This document shows positions 19,752-28,726 of a DNA stretch of 33,509 nt, in pieces. This DNA comes from an uncultured archaeon (GTDB taxonomy: Archaea > Asgardarchaeota > Thorarchaeia > Thorarchaeales > Thorarchaeaceae). The position numbers and the translations under genes were made by a program. Below the pieces are notes generated by a model, which saw only the letters and a list, made by a program, of their open reading frames with translations, made no database searches and had not been told where the DNA came from. The stretch covers positions 1 to 33,509 of the forward strand of contig CAYYQL010000026.1 of the NCBI GenBank assembly GCA_964473825.1. Reading direction: 5' to 3'. Each line of letters opens with the position of its first letter. Position 1 is the stretch's first letter.

Positions 19752-20771
19752 TCACTCCTCCCATGGCCCCCATTTCACAGTAATAGCATTCCAAGCCCAG
19801 CCGATTCCCGCGGCTGTAAGAACAACAAGGTCGCGATCTTTGATCTTCCCGTCCCTCAGTCCCTCCTCGATGGAAACAACCGCGTCGTTCTGTCCCATGT
19901 GACCGTACTCATCAAAATACGAACTCTGTTTGTAAGGGTCGACGCCGAGCTCCTTGGCAACATACTCGAAAGCGCTGCGCTTCATGCGTATGAGTCCAAG
20001 ATAGTCTATGTCGTCGCGTCTGTATCCACTCTTCTCCAACGAATCGTCAACTACCTTGAGAAAGTTCTCCATAGATAAAGCATCCAAGCCCTCCTTCAGG
20101 CCTTCGGGATCTGTCACATCCAAATACTGCAATCCCTTCTCGAGCGCTTCACATGTCATCGGCATGACGGTTCCTCCTGCAGGGACATAGACGTATTCCG
20201 AGAACCGACCGTCAGAAATGACGGAACCCTCCAACACCACGTTATTAGAATGGTTGGCCTTGAGAATCATGGCAACACCACTCGCGGCAAGGTCATGCAT
20301 GAAGCGTGTGCGGATGTTGGAGTAATCTATGAGATCGCAGTTTCTGTAGCCGCTGGCGATGAGAACCCGGTCATATCCCTGAGTCTCCATCAGAGACTTC
20401 GCCAGAATCATTCCAACTACAACAGTCCCGCAGCGCTGGTTAATATCGAATGCCCAAGCTCTAGTAGCTCCGACGTCGTTTTGAAGTTTGATTCCATAAG
20501 TCTGCATGGGGTGTTCTGCATAGACTTCTCCAGCCCAGATCACAAGGTCGATGTCTTCGGCCGGGTCTATCCCTGCCCGCTCTATAGCAATCTTGGAAGC
20601 CTTCGCTCCCATTGCAACTGTGTGATCACCCGGTCCCGGGACGGCCTTGCTCTTCAAGCCAATCTTCGTCCTCATGACCTCCAGTGGTGTTCCCGACTGC
20701 TTAGAGATATACTCGGCCGTGTGACGCTCAGGGGGGATGTAGGTCCCGATTGCCTCGATGCCTATTCTCAT
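19752..20771 (-). CDS. 3-oxoacyl-ACP synthase III (FabH)-like thiolase-fold enzyme
   Basis: AFDINQRC114G, YGHMGQND and AAGIGWAW motifs. Confidence 0.85.
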   Translation of the reverse strand: MRIGIEAIGTYIPPERHTAEYISKQSGTPLEVMRTKIGLKSKAVPGPGDHTVAMGAKASKIAIERAGIDPAEDIDLVIWAGEVYAEHPMQTYGIKLQNDVGATRAWAFDINQRCGTVVVGMILAKSLMETQGYDRVLIASGYRNCDLIDYSNIRTRFMHDLAASGVAMILKANHSNNVVLEGSVISDGRFSEYVYVPAGGTVMPMTCEALEKGLQYLDVTDPEGLKEGLDALSMENFLKVVDDSLEKSGYRRDDIDYLGLIRMKRSAFEYVAKELGVDPYKQSSYFDEYGHMGQNDAVVSIEEGLRDGKIKDRDLVVLTAAGIGWAWNAITVKWGPWEE

Positions 20772-22306
20772 CTTTGTTCCTCCTCCAGTTCACGCTTCAG
20801 TATCTTGCCTGCTCCGCTCTTAGGTAGACTCTCTCGAATCTCATAGTACTTGGGTATCTTGTATCTCGCTAGTTTGCCATCCAGGAATTCATGAATCGCG
20901 TCTTCAGTTAGGTCATGGCCTTTCTTCAATGAAACGAATGCCTTCCCGACTTCACCCCATTTCTCATCAGGTACCCCAATCACAGCAGCTTCGAGGATTG
21001 CGGGATGCTTGTACAATAGCTCTTCTATCTCGGTGGGAAAGACATTCTCTCCGCCTGATATGAACATGTCTTTCTTACGTCCAACAATATAGTAGAATCT
21101 CTCCTTATCCATCTGAACAAGGTCTCCCGTGTGGAGCCATCCGTCAGGTTCCAAGACCTCGTCGGTCTCTTCGCGATCATCCCAATAGCCATTGAAGACA
21201 TGGGGGCCTTTGAGGAGCAGCTCTCCAACATCGCCCTGAGAAACGTCCCTACCTTTGTCATCAACTATTCTCATGTCGCAGTGGATGACTGGATACCCTA
21301 CTGAGTTCGGCTTACGTTTGATGTCAGGGATTGGCAGATAGAAATTATTCGGACCACATTCAGTGAGACCATATCCCATCTTGAAAGGCTTCCCCCGATT
21401 CCAGTAATTCTCCATGATAGCAATCGGACACGGAGCGCCTCCGCTGATGAAGACCCTTACAGAGTCAAAATCTGTGGCCTCAAACATCTCATCTTGAGCA
21501 ATCATCTGAAACATAGTAGGCACTCCTATCACGATGGTACACTTCTCCTCCTCGATTATCCGCAGAGTCTCAGATGAATCGAAGTCCCCCATGAACACGG
21601 TCTTCGCTCCCAGATGATAGAACGGAACTAGCAGCACATTCCACCCACCCGTATGAAACAACGGGAACAGCAACGGTTGAACGTCGTCAGGGCGCAACCC
21701 CCAAGAGACTATGGTGTTGACCGAGTTCCAGAAGATTCCTCTGTGCGACAAGACTGCTCCCTTCGGGAGACCTGTGGTGCCTCCCGTGAAGACGATGAGA
21801 TGAGGATCCTCAAAATGTACCTTTGGCCGGTCAATGGCATCAGCTGACGCTTCAATCACAAGCTCCTCTGTAGACACGTCATCGTCGATGGCTGTATCAC
21901 CCATCACCAACACATGGCGCTTACCGAGCAAGGGACGTATGGTGTTGAACTGCTCACCTAAATCCGGATCATAGATTAGCATCGTCGGGTCAGTCTTATC
22001 AATCAGGTAGTCGACCTCTCGTTTTGCCAAGCGTATGTTGAATGGGACCATAATGGCTCCGATCTTCCCGCAGGCAAAGAAGAAGTCAAGCATCTCCAGA
22101 CGGTTTTTCGAATACAAAGCTACACGATCACCTTTTGAAACTCCGCGCTCCAGAATCACTCGCGAGAGGCGGTTAGCTCTCTCGTCCAGCTCCCCAAAGG
22201 TGTATCGCCTCTTTGTTATATTGTCATAAACTGCTTCCCTCTCGGGAGTTAACTGAGAACGTCGTCCGGACAGGTTGCCGACCCATGACCAGTCCTTGTC
22301 TTCCAA
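20768..22306 (-). CDS. Long-chain acyl-CoA synthetase (ANL family, FadD/MenE-like)
   Basis: FTGGTTGLPKG, GYGLTE, GWLHTGD, GRKKDMFISGGENV and GKILK motifs. Overlaps the FabH-like gene by 4 nt. Confidence 0.92.
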   Translation of the reverse strand: MEDKDWSWVGNLSGRRSQLTPEREAVYDNITKRRYTFGELDERANRLSRVILERGVSKGDRVALYSKNRLEMLDFFFACGKIGAIMVPFNIRLAKREVDYLIDKTDPTMLIYDPDLGEQFNTIRPLLGKRHVLVMGDTAIDDDVSTEELVIEASADAIDRPKVHFEDPHLIVFTGGTTGLPKGAVLSHRGIFWNSVNTIVSWGLRPDDVQPLLFPLFHTGGWNVLLVPFYHLGAKTVFMGDFDSSETLRIIEEEKCTIVIGVPTMFQMIAQDEMFEATDFDSVRVFISGGAPCPIAIMENYWNRGKPFKMGYGLTECGPNNFYLPIPDIKRKPNSVGYPVIHCDMRIVDDKGRDVSQGDVGELLLKGPHVFNGYWDDREETDEVLEPDGWLHTGDLVQMDKERFYYIVGRKKDMFISGGENVFPTEIEELLYKHPAILEAAVIGVPDEKWGEVGKAFVSLKKGHDLTEDAIHEFLDGKLARYKIPKYYEIRESLPKSGAGKILKRELEEEQR

Positions 22307-22516
22307 TCACATCTACTCCCAGAACACTTGAAAAGGAATGAAGGAAAAGAGACTGAAAAGATTGTGGGTCTTCTGAACTGAGAATCAAGGAGGCACTTGG
22401 ATGCAGCATGCCCCAACAGGGACATAACCACAAGTGAAAATAGGGCATTCTTCACCTATCTCTCATACAGACTGTGAGCTAGAAACCGTTACGACCACCC
22501 TATAGGTGAGAGCAAA

Positions 22517-25120
22517 TTGGATAAGAGATTCAAAGATGCTGAAAGTGGAAAATCCTCAGTGAGAGTCGGGGGACGGATAATACCGTTTCAGGATCTTGTT
22601 GATCTCATGAATGATGCTTTCGTAGTGGTAGATGAAAAGGAAGAGATCACATATGTCAACCGCAGCTTCGTGGAGCTTATAGGTCACCCCGCCGGGGACA
22701 TAAAGGGCAAGTCACTCAAATCGTTTCTTCCTGAGGAAGAGTGGAAGAAAGTCGAGGAGATACAGGAGAAGCGAAGACGGGGTGTGTCTTCACAATACGA
22801 ACTCGCGTGGATTCATTGGACTGGCGAGCGAGTGCCTACGATTGTGTCAGCAACTCCAATCTTAGACTGGGATGGAAACTACTATGGCAGCTACGCAGTC
22901 ATAACGGACATCACGGGATACCGCAAGGCCCAAAAAATGATACGCGAGAGCGAGAGGAGATTCAAACACCTCATAGATACCATGAATGAGGCTCTAATCC
23001 AAGGTGATGAAGAATACGTTATCGAATATGTGAATGAACGGTTCTATGAGATTCTTGGCTATCAAGAGGAAGAAGTGATCGGACATCATATCTTAGAGTT
23101 TGTAGAGCCGAGTCAGCACGAAGAGGTTCAAGAGTATATACGACGACGACGAACTGGCAAGATCAAGCGCTTCGAGGTCAAGATGATCTCAAAGGGTGGT
23201 GATACAATCCATGTATTGGTTACACCTCGCGAGCTCCGGGATGACCAAGGCAAGTTTGTGGGTACTTTTGGAGTTCTAACAGATATCACCGAACTCAAGG
23301 AAACTGAGAGAGAACTAAGAAAGGCGGAGAAGAAATATAGGACACTGGCGGAAGAGAGCCTCCAAGGTCTCACAATCATACAGGACAGGCGATATGCGTA
23401 TGTCAATCCCGCCTTTGGAGAGATTGTAGGACGGTCTCCAGAAGACATTATGAACATGCCTACTGAAGAAGCATGGGACATGATTTACCCTGAGGACAAG
23501 GAGTACATCCTTGAACTTGCAGAGAAACGGGAAAGGGGTGAACCAACGCCCTCACCGTATCAGTATCGATTTGTTAGGCCCAATGGAGAGATCCGTTGGG
23601 TTGAGGCATTCTCCAGCCAAATTGACTACGAAGGGAGGGCAGCTACCCAGATCCTCGTGATAGATATCACCGAGAGGAAGAAGGCTGAACGCCAGCTTCG
23701 CGAGTCTCAACAGATGCTCAAGACTATTCTTGAGAATATTCCACAGAATGTATTCTGGAAAGACCGCAATGGGGTATATCTCGGATGCAACCAGAATTTC
23801 GCTACAGCCGCAGGAGTTTCGTCGCCTGAAGAGATTATGGGGAAAACGGACCAAGACCTTGCCTGGACTCACGATGAGGTCGAGTTCTTCCGAGATGTTG
23901 ACAAGAGAGTAATGGAAACAGATTCTCCTGAGATTGGGATTGTCGAGTCCGCACATTTTGCAGATGGTTCTGAGAGAAAACTCGAGACCAACAAGGTTCC
24001 TCTTCACGATGATGAGGGTAATGTCATAGGTATCCTTGGTACGTTTCAGGATGTCACAGATCGCTGGGAACAAGACAAAGCCGTACGCAAGTCTGAACAG
24101 AAGTATAGGACCCTCGCGGAGCATAGCTTGCAGGGACTGACAATTCTCACAGATAACGGATTTGCCTATGTCAATAGTGCATTCGCTGACATGGTAGGCT
24201 ATCCTGTCGAAAACTTGCTCGAAATGAAATTCGACGAGGTCTGGAATCTATTTCATCCAGATGATCAAGAAGTCCTCAAGCAGAGAATCAAAGACAGACA
24301 AGCAGGAAGACCGATCACACCTCGGTACGAGTACCGACTCATCCACAAGGATGGCTCCATGAGATGGGTCGAGAGCTTTGCGGGGCGGATAGAATATGAC
24401 GGAGAACCAGCAATCCAGACCGTGCTTGTCGATGTGACAGAAAAGAAAGATGCTGAGAGAGATATCAGGTCAGCTGAAGACCGCGCAGATCTCTATCTCG
24501 ATCTGATGAGCCATGATATCCGAAACCAGATGCAGGTAGTCATGAGCAGTGCAGCGTTACTCAGAACCGCAACGGATGACAAGATTAAGGACTCTCTACT
24601 GGACGTCATCAACGAGTCGGTACAGAGATGCACTCGGATGATTGAAGACGTTCGTGCCATGGAGCAACTCATGGGTATGCCCTTGACCCAGAGGGATTTC
24701 AGGGAATCGCTCTCTGAGTGTGTCAGAGCTCTTTCTGGCAGAATCAGTGATGTGGAGTTCAAGACAGAGTACAGTGTTGATGAGGCCTCTATTCTAGCAG
24801 ACGGGTATCTTGAGCTGCTTATCACTAACATCTTGACCAATGCTGTGGAACACAATCCGAAGCCCTCTAAGAAAGTCTGGGTCAGCCTACAGAAAGAAGG
24901 CGATGAATTCGTCGTTAGTATAGCCGATAACGGTCCCGGCATTAATGACACTGCAAAGGAAAGTTTACTGAACGATGCGAGGAGATTTGGTGGATTGGGA
25001 CTCCATCAGGCCAACCAAATTGCCGAAAAATACGAGGGACGGATACATGTGGAGGATAGAATTGCAGGTAAGCCTGATGAGGGGGCAATGTTTTTCATCC
25101 GCATTCCAGCCAGCAACTAA
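22517..25120 (+). CDS. Cytoplasmic sensor histidine kinase with five PAS domains
   Basis: Five PAS/PAC units ending in D(I/V)T; H-box SHDIRNQ; NILTNA, DNGPGI and GLGL boxes; no TM. Confidence 0.92.
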   Translation: MDKRFKDAESGKSSVRVGGRIIPFQDLVDLMNDAFVVVDEKEEITYVNRSFVELIGHPAGDIKGKSLKSFLPEEEWKKVEEIQEKRRRGVSSQYELAWIHWTGERVPTIVSATPILDWDGNYYGSYAVITDITGYRKAQKMIRESERRFKHLIDTMNEALIQGDEEYVIEYVNERFYEILGYQEEEVIGHHILEFVEPSQHEEVQEYIRRRRTGKIKRFEVKMISKGGDTIHVLVTPRELRDDQGKFVGTFGVLTDITELKETERELRKAEKKYRTLAEESLQGLTIIQDRRYAYVNPAFGEIVGRSPEDIMNMPTEEAWDMIYPEDKEYILELAEKRERGEPTPSPYQYRFVRPNGEIRWVEAFSSQIDYEGRAATQILVIDITERKKAERQLRESQQMLKTILENIPQNVFWKDRNGVYLGCNQNFATAAGVSSPEEIMGKTDQDLAWTHDEVEFFRDVDKRVMETDSPEIGIVESAHFADGSERKLETNKVPLHDDEGNVIGILGTFQDVTDRWEQDKAVRKSEQKYRTLAEHSLQGLTILTDNGFAYVNSAFADMVGYPVENLLEMKFDEVWNLFHPDDQEVLKQRIKDRQAGRPITPRYEYRLIHKDGSMRWVESFAGRIEYDGEPAIQTVLVDVTEKKDAERDIRSAEDRADLYLDLMSHDIRNQMQVVMSSAALLRTATDDKIKDSLLDVINESVQRCTRMIEDVRAMEQLMGMPLTQRDFRESLSECVRALSGRISDVEFKTEYSVDEASILADGYLELLITNILTNAVEHNPKPSKKVWVSLQKEGDEFVVSIADNGPGINDTAKESLLNDARRFGGLGLHQANQIAEKYEGRIHVEDRIAGKPDEGAMFFIRIPASN

Positions 25121-25170
25121 GAGAGAAGAAAGGCACTCGTGTTTTGAAGTGCATCTACGGTATCACAGAG

Positions 25171-26070
25171 TCATATTCCCATTACTACGAGAACAACCCC
25201 AAGTACTGTCATGACAATACCCCAGAGAGCTTTCTTTGTCACTTCCTCCTTTAGATAGAATACTGAGATGGGAACAGCAAAGAGCGGTGCTGTAGATGCA
25301 ACAACTGAAGTAATCGTGGCCCCTGCAAACTTGACCGAAGTCACATACAGGAGCGAACCGATAGCCATACCAAAGAAACCTGCCACTGCGACTGCCTTCA
25401 ATGCACCTCTTGTCGGTCGTTTCATACCCTTTCCGAATGCGGCGCCCAACATCGGAACAAAAGCTATAGAACCGGAAAGCACACGGACGAAGTTCGTGGT
25501 GATTGGGTCGGCATCGGTTACACCAACTTGTAGTATGACTGCGCCAGCAGCATAGAGGACAGCTGTAGTCATAGCGAGACCCACTCCAAGGACATCGAAT
25601 CCTTTCATATCATAATCATCAGTCGTATGACGTTCCCGCGAGATTGTGACAACACCAGCGACAGAGATGAAGACCCCAATGAGCCTGAAAAACAGGAATG
25701 GCTCGCCGAGTAGGATCATTGCGAAGAAGTACGTAATGATAGGAAACGACATCGCGATGGGGAAAGCGTAGGATACACCTATCCGTTCCTGACTGATTAG
25801 ATACAGGGTATCCCCAATGACCGCGCCCAAGATAATGGACATAGCAAGGTAGAACACAGTCTCAGCGGGAAGGGCAAGAAGCGCGGGACCGAACACAAAT
25901 AGAATGAGGATAGTCATGAAAGGAAGAGCCACAAACATCTTCGTTGCACTTACAACTAATGCAGGTATCTCCTCAGCCTGAGAGCGATAGATAACTACAG
26001 AGCCGGCATAGAGAGCTGAACCGAGTAGTCCAGCCAGCGCACCGATAATCACTTCAGGAACTAACTGCAT
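25171..26070 (-). CDS. DMT/EamA family transporter
   Basis: About 10 TMs in two repeats (GDTLY...IGVS.A.PI; ST.PLF...LKEEV). Likely start is ATG 26070. Confidence 0.88.
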   Translation of the reverse strand: MQLVPEVIIGALAGLLGSALYAGSVVIYRSQAEEIPALVVSATKMFVALPFMTILILFVFGPALLALPAETVFYLAMSIILGAVIGDTLYLISQERIGVSYAFPIAMSFPIITYFFAMILLGEPFLFFRLIGVFISVAGVVTISRERHTTDDYDMKGFDVLGVGLAMTTAVLYAAGAVILQVGVTDADPITTNFVRVLSGSIAFVPMLGAAFGKGMKRPTRGALKAVAVAGFFGMAIGSLLYVTSVKFAGATITSVVASTAPLFAVPISVFYLKEEVTKKALWGIVMTVLGVVLVVMGI

Positions 26071-26141
26071 TGTACTGGTGGCTTCGTGATTCGTCACCTA
26101 ATACCTTATCGATACGTACGGTACACCAGACGTAGATGCTA

Positions 26142-26318
26142 CTACGTGGTTGCTGTCATCCGGGTTGCAACTGCATCGATGATGACGCCGTAGGCAATTC
26201 CAGCAAAGAGACTTGGCAGATCACGAAACTCTGTTGAGAGAAAGATTGCACTTGATACCAAGAAGCCGAATGCGAGACCCCGAGCTAACGAATTGCCAAG
26301 GTCTTCCTTTTCACTCAT
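26142..26318 (-). CDS. Small 2-TM hypothetical membrane protein (58 aa)
   Basis: MSEKEDLGNSLARGLAFGFLV...IAYGVIIDAVATR. This is the part of ORF 26142-26438 that lies outside the nuclease gene. Confidence 0.45.
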   Translation of the reverse strand: MSEKEDLGNSLARGLAFGFLVSSAIFLSTEFRDLPSLFAGIAYGVIIDAVATRMTATT

Positions 26319-26350
26319 CAATGTGACATCGCCAACGAACCGTTCATTGT

Positions 26351-26370
26351 AAGTTGGACAAACTTGGACA
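26351..26370. repeat. Two tandem 10-bp repeats (AAGTTGGACA/AACTTGGACA) preceded by TGT; candidate element end
   Basis: Directly abuts the stop codon of the TnpB-like gene, near the GC shift. Confidence 0.5.
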
Positions 26371-28533
26371 TCAAGCAGTCCGTCCAGGAGCGGCACTGGA
26401 CTGGTGATTGTGCACGTGAATGATGTTTCGTGCCGCATTCACATCGGCATGGAAGTGCTCCTCACACCTCCCACAGTAGAAGTACTCCCCACCTCGGTAC
26501 TCCAGTATCGAGTCCGGATTCTCTACCCGGACTCCCCACTCCCCACAGACATGGCAGGTCTGAGAGGTCCACGCCGGGCTCACCGTCCAGATCCCACCGT
26601 GGCGGTGGCCAAGGGTCTGGCGCATGTACCGTATGGTGTCAAGTACCTTGGACCAGAGATTGCTCGACAATCTCCATGAGTGTGTGCCATACCCTCTGGG
26701 CGGCTGGTAGTTCTTCAGGTTCTCCAGATACAGGGTCTTGACGCCGTGGCGCTCACAGAACCACACGGCCTCTGATGCAATCTGTCTGGCAATCTCCCTG
26801 TCCAGCCTGCGTACCTTGCGCCAGATGGCTGCAAGACGACGCTCCTTCTTCCTCAGATGCCCGGGTCGTGGATGGTCCTCACCGTGCTTCTTCTCCCAGT
26901 TGTTCCGCATCAGGGTCACTCTGGATGTGAGATGCCGGGTCTGTTGTCTGAGATGGTCCCTCTTCTCGACCAGTCCCTCAAGAGAGATGAGCTCATCGAC
27001 ATACTCTTCCTCACCATCTCTCACCGAGAGCACGATAGGCACACGGATGCCTCGATCGGCACCGGCTCTCCTGTTGTAGTGCCGTTCACCCAGGACCGCA
27101 TCTATCATCTCTCGAGTTGGTGGGAGGAAGGGGATCTGGAGTTCTACTCTGTGCTCACGAAGCAAGAGGCGAGGTGGGCCGCAGGTTCGGGACTTCCTGA
27201 GATGCTGCACCTTCTCCTTCAGGTGTGCAATCTTCTCAGGGTCCGCATCCTTTCGGCGTTTCCACTTCGCAAACTGGTAGGTGGCATGCTGGAGTTCGAT
27301 GGTATTGACAAGCTGCTCGTGTTGATCCTCGAACCTCATGGCTCGGAATCGCAGCTTCTTGGCTCGCAGATTCTTTCTCTTGTGCTCGGCCTCTTCAGCC
27401 TTCGCCCTGTCCCTGGCGGCCGCCCGTGGGAGCCAGTCCAGAAACCTGAACGCAAGGGTTCTGACTCGGAAGGGCGAATCATCATGTTTCGTTCCATTCA
27501 TGGGCTCTGGCAGCTTCAGGAAGAACAGCATCTCTTTCTCCTTCTCCAAGTCCTGTGAGTACCAGTAGCCCTGACCGGGGGAGTTCTCTGTGCTGCCCGA
27601 GAAGTCCTCGGTGTGGGAGTACATCCGCGGGACCTTGAAGGGATAGCCCTCCGTGATGAACTGGTGCAGTAGAGCATCAATGCAGGCCATGGTCTCAGAG
27701 CGCTCCGTATCATCCTTGACGTACCGTCGAACACGGCGCCGCTGCGATGGTCTGGAACCAAGGGGCTCTCCGCGCTCAATCAGGATGCGCTCATCGAGAG
27801 CTCGACGGAGCTGCTTGAGGACAGACAGGGTGTAGTAGTAACCCGAACTATTGTTCTTCGTGCTCTCGCATCTGGAACGCACATCCTTTACCATGTCCGA
27901 GGGGATGTACTTGTTCTTCAGTAATCGCAGAAGAGTATCCTGTTCCTCATTGAGAAGTCCGATAGCGGTCTTCATGAGCTGTCGCCGTAGCCAGTTGGAC
28001 TGGATGATCCGTGCCGCCTGTTCAAGGACGTTCCGGTAGAGTCTCTCGAAGCACTGTTCGGCAATCTCGGGATTGTCCTTGTAAGCCAGGTGATCCTCCT
28101 TCTTCAACAGGACATATCCCTGTCCTCGATAGGAGTTCAGCTCCTCGCCAAGAAACTCTACTCGCTCCCTGTGCGCGTAGACACGCTCAAGAACAAGATT
28201 CACCAGCTCCACGTACTTCTCGAAGTATCGACCCAGAAGAGAGAGGTCCACATCTCTGACCTTGCGCCCGGTCACCGTTTCAAGTTCGGCGCGTATCGGT
28301 TCAGGACTGCAGCGGCGAAATCGAGGATCGGGTCTTTTCCCCTTCCCCTTCTTGTTCACCTCTCTATCCGCTGAACAGAGGGTGAATGACTGTACCAGAT
28401 ACTTCAGTCCCGTACTCTGGTGCGCGGTTGATGGAGCATTTTTAAGTGTGCCATCCATTGTCGATTGCTTCTGGGAACTTTCATCAGATTCCCGCTGCCT
28501 CCGGGGACGGCGCCGGACTACCTTGGTCATCAA
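26371..28533 (-). CDS. tnpB: Oversized TnpB/Cas12-like RNA-guided RuvC nuclease (~720 aa)
   Basis: RuvC-I AGAD493RG, RuvC-II LYLE604NL, WTSQTCHVC...CGRC Zn ribbon, RuvC-III HAD697VNAARNI. SD GAGGTG upstream of ATG 28530. Confidence 0.9.
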   Translation of the reverse strand: MMTKVVRRRPRRQRESDESSQKQSTMDGTLKNAPSTAHQSTGLKYLVQSFTLCSADREVNKKGKGKRPDPRFRRCSPEPIRAELETVTGRKVRDVDLSLLGRYFEKYVELVNLVLERVYAHRERVEFLGEELNSYRGQGYVLLKKEDHLAYKDNPEIAEQCFERLYRNVLEQAARIIQSNWLRRQLMKTAIGLLNEEQDTLLRLLKNKYIPSDMVKDVRSRCESTKNNSSGYYYTLSVLKQLRRALDERILIERGEPLGSRPSQRRRVRRYVKDDTERSETMACIDALLHQFITEGYPFKVPRMYSHTEDFSGSTENSPGQGYWYSQDLEKEKEMLFFLKLPEPMNGTKHDDSPFRVRTLAFRFLDWLPRAAARDRAKAEEAEHKRKNLRAKKLRFRAMRFEDQHEQLVNTIELQHATYQFAKWKRRKDADPEKIAHLKEKVQHLRKSRTCGPPRLLLREHRVELQIPFLPPTREMIDAVLGERHYNRRAGADRGIRVPIVLSVRDGEEEYVDELISLEGLVEKRDHLRQQTRHLTSRVTLMRNNWEKKHGEDHPRPGHLRKKERRLAAIWRKVRRLDREIARQIASEAVWFCERHGVKTLYLENLKNYQPPRGYGTHSWRLSSNLWSKVLDTIRYMRQTLGHRHGGIWTVSPAWTSQTCHVCGEWGVRVENPDSILEYRGGEYFYCGRCEEHFHADVNAARNIIHVHNHQSSAAPGRTA

Positions 28534-28726
28534 TCGTGCACCTCTCTTCTGTCTGGGCCTGAGAATATAATCTCATTAACATTTTTAAGTGTATCAAGAC
28601 GAAAAGTCAAATAGAGCCTTATGAAGGCTATTTGACTTCTATAAGGCACTCATAACTCTTTTTCATATCTCGATTTTATTACATTTCTTTTATAAGTAAA
28701 ATCTCCCAACAGGCTTTGGGAGTGTC
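28534..28726. promoter_or_regulatory. AT-rich divergent promoter region with several inverted repeats
   Basis: TATA-like elements at 28582-28589 and 28688-28696; inverted repeats at 28560-28575, 28604-28638 and 28703-28722. Confidence 0.65.

Noticed and set aside
26319-26438. 5' extension of ORF 26142..26438
   Set aside because: It overlaps the TnpB-like 3' end and the putative element boundary; only the part from ATG 26318 looks like a protein.
26404-28570. Antisense and alternate-frame ORFs including the 233-aa 26857..27558
   Set aside because: They overlap the TnpB-like gene, carry no motifs and are expected in GC-rich coding DNA.
26100-28726. CRISPR array or mini-array accompanying the Cas12-like and Cas1-like genes
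   Set aside because: I found no 25-45-bp repeats with spacers on either side of the nuclease gene, only 10- and 13-bp repeats. An array beyond the window end cannot be excluded.
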